Shown here piece by piece: positions 1 to 10,609 of a stretch of DNA of 64,000 bases. How positions within the stretch are numbered: position 1 is the stretch's first letter; every line of letters begins with the position of its first letter. The position numbers and the translations under genes are program-made. The notes beneath the pieces are model-generated. The model made no database searches, was not told the origin of the DNA, and worked only from the letters and a program-made list of their open reading frames with translations. Origin of the DNA: the human T2T-CHM13v2.0 reference genome, Homo sapiens. The stretch lies in assembly GCF_009914755.1 (NCBI RefSeq), contig NC_060938.1; one strand, written 5' to 3'.

Positions 1-103
1 CACCCCCACCTATCACAGAGATTAACTGGGGTTGGGGGAGGGTGCTTCTTACTGTAGCAGTAAAAAAACAAAGTAACCTGTCAATTTAGAAAAAACAGAT
101 TCA

Positions 104-384
104 GGCCCAGTGCAGTGGCTCATGCCTGTAATCCCAGCACTGTGGGAAGCTGATATGGGCAGATTGCTTTGAACTCAGGAGTTCAAGACCAGCCTGGGCA
201 ACATGGCAAAACCCTACCTCTACAAAAAATTAGCCAGGCATCATGGCACATGTCTGTGGTCCCAGCTACTCCAAAGGCTGAGTGGGAGGATCAACTGAGC
301 CCAGGAGGCAGAGGTTGCAGTGAACCAAAATCGTGCCACTGCATCCAGCCTAGGTGACAGAGACCCTGTCTCAAAAAAAGAAAA
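104..384 (+). mobile_element. AluJ
   Basis: Dimeric Alu with 16-bp TSD AGAAAAAACAGATTCA (88-103, 385-400). Confidence 0.9.
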
Positions 385-400
385 AGAAAAAACAGATTCA

Positions 401-950
401 AACCAATTAGAACTCAGAAGGTTCAGCAAGTTCACCAGACACAAAATCTACCTGCAAAAATCAACAACATCTCTGTCCACCCACAATAACTGCTGAAAAA
501 TATTATTAAAAAGATACCATTTACAATAGCAGCAAGAATTACAAAATATATCTAGGTAATAGCCAAGAATACCCAAAACTTCTAAAAACATGTCTTAAAT
601 TCTAATAAGGAAACATAAAATGATCTGAATAAATAGAGTACATTCCACATTTTGGGTAGGATGACCTCATGTAAGATGACTTACTTTGGATGACATTTAT
701 AAAGACCTAGTTATATGAACAATGAACCTATAAATTTAATGCAATGCTAATCAAAATTCCAACTGGATTTCTTTTTGAGAAACTCAATGGAGAAATAATT
801 AACTTTTACAAAGAAGAGTAGAGGGGAGACTTGCCCAATTACCTACACTACAAAATCAGAATAACAGTAGCAGTGCCAGCTCCGTGGCAGTCCAGTAGAC
901 TAGCAGAAAAGCATGGGTAGCTGGGCAACACACTCCGGTCCTTTAGGAAC
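401..950 (+). mobile_element. Old L1M ORF2 fragment
   Basis: Degenerate L1 ORF2 text (ataccatttacaatagca, aaatttaatgcaat..caaaattccaac). Confidence 0.6.
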
Positions 951-1419
951 TACACAGAGAGAAAGTTAACCCAGCAAACACAGGTCCTCAGTGGGCTCAG
1001 CCACCAGTGGAGGTTTTGCTGGGATATTTTGCTACACTACTATCATTGCAACAAGTATACCTAAGGGATAACAAAACATGTGCCTCAAGGTCCCCGTGTG
1101 ACTTAAAATGCACTACATCAAACTGGCTCTGTGGAAAGAACAGGACTTAACCGTTCAGCAGGCCTAACTCTCTGGAGCTGCCCCTGAAGTCCGCAGCAGC
1201 TACACGTCCTTCATGAGGCCAGATGTGCAAAGCCGGGCCCAGAAAGCTGAGGTAGGTCCCTGCACAAGGCCACAGGGCTTCCATCTCTCTCCACAGAAAA
1301 CACATCGCAGAGCTCATGAGAAGCTAAGTGCCAGCTACCAGGAGTGCTGGAGGGTGAGCTGGAGGAGGTGGCCTTAGGTGGAGATGAAGGGACAGGAGTC
1401 CACAAAGCAGGCCCACTCT

Positions 1420-1757
1420 GAGTGTCCAGCAATGCTAGGTAAAATTCACAGGTGGAAATCCTAGGCCCCAGGGTGACGGTGTTTGGAGGTGGGGCTTTGG
1501 GAGGTGATTCGGTCTTGGGGACAGAGCCCTGAAGAGCCCTTTAATGGAGGGGATTAAAGCCCTTATGAAAGAAACCCCTTCTGCCACAAGAGGACTCTGG
1601 GAGAAGGCGCTCTCTATGAACCAGAAATCCAGCCCTCACCAGACACCAAATCTGCCAGCGCCTTGATCTCAGACCTCCCAGCCTCCAGAACTGTGGGAAA
1701 TAAATGTCTATCCAGTCTGTGGATTCCTGTCCTAGCAACCCAAATGGACTAAGACAA
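1420..1757 (+). mobile_element. MaLR LTR (MLT1A/MST-like)
   Basis: ggaggtggggctttgggaggtgat...ccagcctccagaactgtgggaaataaa...ggactaagaca. Confidence 0.75.
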
Positions 1758-3465
1758 GCATCTTTTACTTCAACTAATTCAAGCAGATGTTCAGCTCTCC
1801 TGAATTACTAAAAGCATACACATTTTTAAAAATAGAGCATACAAATCAAATCTCAAGCATTTTGTGTCCACTCTCTTTAGCTCCTTGTCGCTCGTCTCAT
1901 GTTTCTGTAAAACCACATTCTTTCCTCTCATTTTCGGTGGGGTCTGTCTGGGTTGTGCTGTAGCAACAAAAAATTTCCAAATCACAGAGGCTTTACACAT
2001 TGATCATTGATATTTGAGCACTGATCATTGCTGAAGCTGAGTAATGGGTACAACAGGTTTGATATTATATATATGCATATATATATTGTATTGTATATAT
2101 ACATATATATTTGAAATTTTCAATAATAAAAGGTTTTGTAAATCTCCATGGCTTAAACCCACAAAGGCTCGTTTCTTGCTCATCTTCCATGTCCCTCATG
2201 GATCAGCAAGGTCTCTACTCCACTTCATCCTCATCCAGAGACACAGGCTAGCCAGCCTCCACCCTCTAGATTATTACTCACTACCGTAGCACCAAAAAGG
2301 AACCACGGGGAGAGCATGTGATGGTTCTTCAGGCTTTTGCCTGAAAGCGAAACCCATGACTTCTGTTCACATTTCATCAGCAAAGCAAGCCACATAGCCA
2401 CACCTAATTTTAGTGGCTCAAAGACAAATGGATCTACTATCTACTCAGTAGAAAGGGAACTGGAAATATCTGGTAAACAGCACTAATGATGACCACAGCC
2501 ACGAAGAGATGTAAATCTAGAAATTCATTCAGAAAGAAGCCCTGATATGCCATAGAGTTGTTCCCAATGGGTTTCACCCCCAACCAAAACCAAACACTCA
2601 GTTTTCTCCATTTTAATAAAACATTCAAACTTATACTAAGACTGGGAGTTCCACAATGTCAGGGACAGTTTATATAACTTCTTTACTTTTCCAGTACCTA
2701 ACAAACACAGCCCATTGAGAACTGTCCCTGACATTGTGAAACTCCAACCTTGATATAAGTTTGATTGTTTTATTAAATGATAAGAAATGTCTTCTTATTG
2801 TCTTCCCTCTGTACTGTTTGTGTCCCATTTTCCTCTTCCTATAAGGATGACCGTCCTCTTGGATTAGGGCCCGCCCTACTGACATCTTAATTTGATTACC
2901 TCTGTAAAGACCCCATTTCCCCACACAGTCACACTCTGAAGTGCCAGGGGTTAGAACTCAGCACTCTGTCTTTAGCAGATGCTAGATTAAGATCTGCTCA
3001 ACTGAAGAGACACAGGAGGCAAGTAGAATGGATTTCCAGGCGTCCTCTAGAGAAGCCATTTCTCATCTTTGTTCTTACTCTTACCAAACTCTGTCTTATG
3101 ACATTCCCAGGAGGAGACAGGAGGGGGCTGGTGCTTTTCTAGGAGGCCACTGGGTCATTGAGGCTGTCCCAGGTGGCCAGTCTTTCTCGGCTGCAAACTC
3201 ACCAAATGTCAGGGGGTGCAGAAGGGAGCCTTGGGATCATCCTACTCAAAAGCATGCAACTTACAGGTGAGGAAACTGAAGCCCAGAGAAGGCAAGGACT
3301 TCTACCTGCTTTAAGTCTACCGCCTCCTAAGTCCTTTTGCATTAGCAATCTCTGAAAGGCTTGTGACTTTGAAACCTGGGTATCCTGGACCATTGTCCAG
3401 TCCTGTCTGTGTCTGCCATATTATATCCAGCCATGCTGTACACTGCTGTATGTTTAGTAAGGCTG

Positions 3466-3469
<4 letters not shown>

Positions 3470-3507
<38 letters not shown>
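3470..3507. repeat. (GA)n microsatellite
   Basis: About 19 perfect GA units. Confidence 0.95.
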
Positions 3508-3509
<2 letters not shown>

Positions 3510-4518
3510 ATTTAAATAGTGTAGGCAATTCTGCCCATTTCACTCAATAAGGGGATATAAATCTGCTGTTCCCAATAGATGTTGGTTCCTGCCTCATTCT
3601 CATACGTGAGCACTAGCAAGCCTTTGTATAATACTAGCATGGCCCCTAGACACAGGCCAGTCCTGTCCTGGGGCTTTACTGAAGAGACAACACTCTGCTT
3701 CTGCACCGGAGAGAGAGCCCGTCCTATGCTTAGTGAGAAATGGTGTCAGGGTCTCCAACACGGCAATTTCTGAAGGGATTTGCAGGCGTCATTTGAACTG
3801 TACTCTCCGTCTTTACACCCAAAGCCTGGTGTGATATGCTCTGCTGTGACCATTGCCAGTGCCGGGGTTGGGCTGCCGAGAAAGGACACGTTGAGAACAG
3901 TGCCATGTATTAAATGAGCCTTCGGCGGGCTCTTGCTGGAGCATCTTATGAGCAATGGCACATGTAGAGAATAATAACTTGAACAAACCTATGCATCGCT
4001 TGACCATAAAAATCATTAAAATATCAAGGGGTTTAACGACGTAATGACCTAGCACAGATGGAAAATACGTTTAAGATCTCAGTCACTAAAAATGCATTTG
4101 GCATGCCACATTTGCCTCCTCTGAAAATGGGGGAAAATACATTTAGGGTAAGATGGCCACAGCTCCCCAAGAGGAAGGGTGGAAAAGAGAGAGACAATCC
4201 TCATTGGGTGCCCAATGAGGCAAAAGCTCTGAGGTGCTCAGATTGCCCTTCTGTGAGGGCTGGTGATGCTATCACCATTGGAAGCTGCAGCCAATTCACC
4301 ACTCCAGAGGCTTCTGAACTATGCGAGATGCAGGAAGCATTTTCTGAAAGAGAGTCCCTCTTAGGGGAAGATACCAGAGTCTGCTTACCAGAAACATCAA
4401 GAGGGGAGGCAGCTGCAGAAATGAATGTGGACAGAAACACTGAACGCAGCAATTTATAAAAGAGGCTACTTTGGTCTCCTGGATACGTGTTTCTTTTTTC
4501 TTACCAGATCTTAGTTAC

Positions 4519-4935
4519 TGTATTAGTTTGCTATGGGGCCCATAGCAAAGCACCACAGACTGGGTGGCTTAAACAATAGAAATATATGTTTTAGTTTCAG
4601 AAGCTAGAAATCTGAGATCCAGGTGTTGACGGGGTTCGTTTCTTCTGAGGGCTGTGAGGGAAGGACCTGTCCCTGGTTCTGCCAGGTTTGTAGATGACCG
4701 TCTTATTCCAGTGTCCTTTTATCATCTTCCTCCCTACTGTTTGTGTTCCAGTGTCCTCTTCCTATAAGGACAACAGTCCTATTGGATTAGGGCCCACGCT
4801 GATGACCTCATTTTAATTTGGTTACCTCTGCAAAGACCCCATTTCCCCACACGGTCACACTCTGAGGTACCGGGGGTTAGAACCTCAACATATGAATTGG
4901 GGAAGGGGAGGCAGGACAGGGTTCAGCCCACAACG
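4519..4935 (-). mobile_element. MLT1B/C LTR
   Basis: tgtattagttt..caccacagactgggtggcttaaacaa..ggattagggccca..cagcccacaac. Confidence 0.8.
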
Positions 4936-5757
4936 TTACTCAATGATTATAATACATCCAAAGGGAGGCTTTGAAGGGGTGTGTTTTGTCACATGGAGAA
5001 AACAAAAAGCTCACAGTGTATGGAATGGTTCCTGTTTTACTAAGGTGTTTGGTCAATGAAAGTCTAACTCACCAGGGACAAACTGCATAGACAGTGAAGG
5101 GCGAAAGCTGGGGCTGTTGGCCGTGAACCAGTTCTGTGATCTTAAGCAAATAAAACCCTTCCATGACTCAGTATTCTCATTTGTAAAGGAAAGGAATGAA
5201 GTTGGTGAGCTGGATGTGGTGCCTGGCACTCCCACCCACTGTGAGCCTTCCTGTATGACAGAGACAAGAACACTAAAACCTATGTTTCCAGATTCCTTTG
5301 CAGCTAGAATTCTGCTTAGGCATTAGGTGCTCCCAACAAGATGCACTGGGATGAGATCTGAAGGACCACAGTGAGGTAGAGGCCACCTTCTTATTGCTGC
5401 CTCTGCGGGCAAAGCCTGGTCAACTGTGTGGAAAGAAGCTGTGGAAGATAGGGTTAGCACTCGATGTCTCTTAACCAGCCTGAGGGGCTTGCCGAGCATT
5501 TGCCGAGATGGGGCAGCAGCAGTGACTGCCCAGGAGTCCTTCCCAAAGACATGCTAGCAAAAACACAAAAACACACACAAGCGTGATCATTGCACTGTTG
5601 TAATAAGCAAAGGACTGGCAGCAACCCAAGAGAGGGAACTGGTTGAATAAATTATGGCCTATCCACACACATAATGGAAGGCTGTGCAGCTCTCCAAAGG
5701 AGCAAAAATAATATTTTCATAACATGCCATGGAGTAATTGTTAAGATTTGTGAAAAT

Positions 5758-6315
<558 letters not shown>

Positions 6316-7095
6316 AAGATTGGTAAAAGAAACAAACTGGAGAAAAAGGTATAAAGTACACTTCCACTTACAAATGAGGGATACGTATGTGTATTTTAAA
6401 GGAATCTCAGAATAATAAACAAACCAAAAAAAGGTAGTCCTAAAGATCTCTTTTAATAGGAAAAATAGTGAGACTAAGATGTCAGGCCCCAAACTCTGGC
6501 TGTAAAACTAGAAGCAAAGGATGAGTGGACCCGTCTCTCTTCTGCTCAGTTCAGAATGAAGGAGGAGAAAACACATAGAGGGCAGGTGAGAAAGGGAAAT
6601 TAGCATTTGCTGAGCTCTCCCTTTTAAACCACCTGGGCAAGGTACTCTAAGTACATTTCTTTCTCTAATCCTTTACAGCTTTGCTTTGTGATAGGCATTT
6701 TTATTATCCCCATTTTATAGATAAGGAAAGGAGAACAAAGAGGAGTGAAGCCACAGAGATCAGAATCATAAAGCAGGGAGAGTTGCACCCAGGCCGTTGG
6801 ACCAAGCTCTAGCATCCCTCTCTTGCTGGGCCCCCAGATTGAACCTGTAGGCAGTGGCCATAGGAAGGTGCTGTCTCCTTGGAATCCTGGTTTCTGTCTT
6901 CTTTCCCCACTCCAAGGCTGGGCCCCAATCCTGGATTTGAGAGATGGGCCCCAAGCCTAGCCAGGGCATCTCCCAGCCCTCCAGCTTCTCTGGGATTGGC
7001 TGAGAGGAGGAAGGGAGGGCCACTAAGCCACTGTTTTTTTGTTTGTTTGTTTTTTGTGTTTTTTTTTATTCGATCGGCTATTGAAATCATTCGAT

Positions 7096-7421
7096 GGCCA
7101 GGCACGGTGGCTCATGCCCATCATCTCAACACTTTGAGAGACCAAGACGGGAGGACCACTTGAGCCCAGGAGTTTAAGACAAGCCTGGGCAGCATAGTGA
7201 GACCTCATCTCTAAAAAAATAGGATAAAATAAAATTAGCTGGACGTGGTAGTGCAAGCTTGTAGTTCTAGCTACTTGGAGACTGAGGTGGGAGGATCACT
7301 TGAGCCCAGGAGGTCAAGGCTGCAGTGAGCCAAGATAGTGCCACTGCACTCCAGCCTGGGCAACAGAGTGAGACCCTGTCCCCATCCACCCCAAAAAAAC
7401 AAAACAAAACAAAACAAAAAA
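7096..7421 (+). mobile_element. AluJ
   Basis: Diagnostic gaggatcacttgagcccaggaggtcaaggctgcagtg. Confidence 0.88.
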
Positions 7422-8119
7422 CATCTGAGGAGTTTTAAAAATGACTGATGCCCAAGTTTCACCCTCAGAGATTCTGACTGAATAGGCATGGGGTGCAACG
7501 TTGGCATGGGATGTTTGGGAGCTCCCTATGTAATCCTAATGTGCCATAAAGTTTGAGACTCTTTCTGGTTTTGAGTGTAGCAGGGGCCAATATCAATGAC
7601 ACCACCCACCATGTGGGAGCTTGTTAGAAATGAGAAATCCATGGCCTACTGAATCAGAGACAGGGTGGGAGGGCAGGGGTGGAGGGAAGGGAGCCAGTAT
7701 TTTAACAAGCCTTCTACATGGTTCTGGTGTGCCTGGTTTGAGATTCACCGTTCTAAGCAACAGCTAGAGACAGATCGTGTGCCATGGTTTGCTTTGTCAA
7801 CTATCACATAACTGCTATGTTGATTATAAAACAAGTTAAATTTAATGGCCCCAGGGAGCGAGAGTATTCAGGCCTTTTCCCCAAGAAAAAACCTTGAGGC
7901 AAATGAGAAAGTGTTTAAATGTAATTTGGAATCAACCGGAACTCACTCTAGCTTCTGAGAAGGAGAGCAGCATTATCAAAACATGATGATGCCCCTGAGT
8001 AACTATACCACGAGCTTCCAAAGCCAGCGTGGATGCCTCCGGGTCTGTCCCTGAGGACAGACGGGCGCGGGTGAACAGCCATGGTGACCCCGGACTGCCA
8101 AGGCTTCCCAACTTGATGG

Positions 8120-8440
8120 TGTGTTCATTTCCTAGGGCTTCTGTGACAAATTACCACAAACTCAGTGCCTTAAAACAACACAAGTGTATCCTTTCCCTGC
8201 TCTGGAGGACAGAAGTCTGAAATCAAGGTGTCGGCAGGGTTGGTTCCTTCTGAAGGCTCAGAGGGGGAGTCCCTGCCATGCCTCTCTCCAGCCTCCAGCG
8301 GCTGCTGGCAACCCTTGTGTCCCCTGGCTTATGGACCCATCACCCCAATCTCTGCCTCCATCGTCACATGACCATGTGTCTCAAATTTCCCACTCCTTTC
8401 TCTTCTAAGGACACTCAATGCATTTAGGGCCCACCCTCTC
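8120..8440 (-). mobile_element. MLT1C/D LTR
   Basis: acaaattaccacaaactcagtgccttaaaacaaca..tctgaaatcaaggtgtcggcaggg. Confidence 0.75.
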
Positions 8441-8607
8441 CTAATTTTACAGGTGAAAAAACAGAGGCTCAGAATGAATGATTCAGGGCCTTGAGGTCAC
8501 TCAGCTGTGAGGTAGACGTCAGAATCCAGCCTGAGCTCTTCGCACTACACTCTTACTTTCATCCTGATTTAGCCTTCCTTTGGTGGCTCCCAAATTTGCT
8601 ACTTCTC

Positions 8608-8967
<360 letters not shown>

Positions 8968-10609
8968 TAGGCCTTCACCATCTTCTTCCTGAATTGCTAA
9001 AACAGCTTGCCTGCTAGTCTCTTTGTCTACTCTTTTCTGCTCCAATTTGCCTGTGCCCTGCTGCTGTATACTTTTTCATATTTCAGCACATTTTGTTAAT
9101 AGAATGATCTGGGCCTAACTCAGCAGGAAATTTATTCTCTAGCATCTAAAAATGGTTTTTCATTAGGCTAGGTGTCACCTACTCATCTGTGCCTTGTTAG
9201 GATGGGGAGCAGTAAAGTCATACGAGATATAGACTAGGTTTATAAGATAGCTGACTTTTTACCATCCTTGGTAATGATAGATGAGGACAGAACTCACATG
9301 AAGTTCATAGCTAATCTACAAAGCTTGCTGTGGCTAACAGCTTTAATCTAAAAGCTTAGGCTGATATGTTTGCAGCCAGTTGTGTTTCTCTACCACTGTA
9401 CAAATTCAGGTGGGGCCCAAAAGTCTCAGGTGTTAATGATCTACACACTAACCCTCCAGCTGAGGTGGGAATCTTTAAAAGCCACAAATGCAAAGGAATT
9501 ACTGAATTCTCAGGTGGCTTCGATGAAGAAAGTCAAGTAAGTTTAGAGTAACCTGATTCAGCAACACACATCTTGAGATGTACATTTCAGAGGGGAAGGT
9601 GGATTTTATAGAGTTGAATTCTATATGCCTCCCTGATGTAGCATTCAGGGAGGTGTACAAGTTCATATCATATGCATTTTCTTTACCAACCTGGGTTTAG
9701 ATCAAAAGAGGATGATGTTAGGAGGTCCCAGTGAAATATGGTAAATATCTTGCACAAGTGACCATTTGCAAGTTACCAGACATGAAAACCACACCCGATT
9801 CTTCTCTGCCACAGGAGTGTCATTGCCAGAGATTCATCAGGCTCTCACACTCTTTCCCATTAAGTAATTCAAAACATTTTGACAAATGTGTCCATTTGTT
9901 TACTATATTTATCATCTGATTTACCTGTCATACCACACAGCAAAGCTGTATATTAGTTATATAAAACTCTAGTTAGATAACAAGGATGGTTAGACTCAGC
10001 ATTGAAAATTCCTTCTCGGTGGGCGGAGGGCGGTGGGGGGGGGGGGTTCCAAGATGGCCGAATAGGAACAGATCCAGTCTACAGCTCCCAGTGTGAGAGA
10101 CGCAGAAGACGGTGATTTCTGCATTTCCAACTGAGCTTTGAAGAGAGTAGTGGTTCTCCCAGCATGGAGTTTGAGATCTGAGAAAGGACAGACTGCCTCC
10201 TCAAGTGGGTCCCTGACCCCCGTGTAGCCTAACTGGGAGGCACCCCCAAGTAGGGGCAGACTGACACCTTATATGGCTGGGTACCCCTCTGAGACAAAAC
10301 TTCCAGAGGAACGATCAGACAGCAACATTTGCTGTTCGGCAATATTCGCTGTTCTGAAGCCTCCGCTGCTGATACCCAGGCAAACAGGTTCTGGAGTGGA
10401 CCTCCAGCAAACTCCAACAGACCTGCAGCTGAGGGTTCCGAAGGAAAACTAACAAACAGAAAGGACATCCACACAAAAGCCCTATCAGTACATCACCATC
10501 ATCAAAGACCAAAGGTAGATACAACCACAAAGACGGGAAAAAAACAGCAGGAAAAACTTAAAATTCTAAAAATCAGAGCGCCTCTCCTCCTCCAAAGGAA
10601 CGCAGCTCC

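Noticed and set aside
4058-4459. 133-aa ATG ORF in unique sequence
   Set aside because: No recognisable domain, promoter or splice context, so it cannot be supported.
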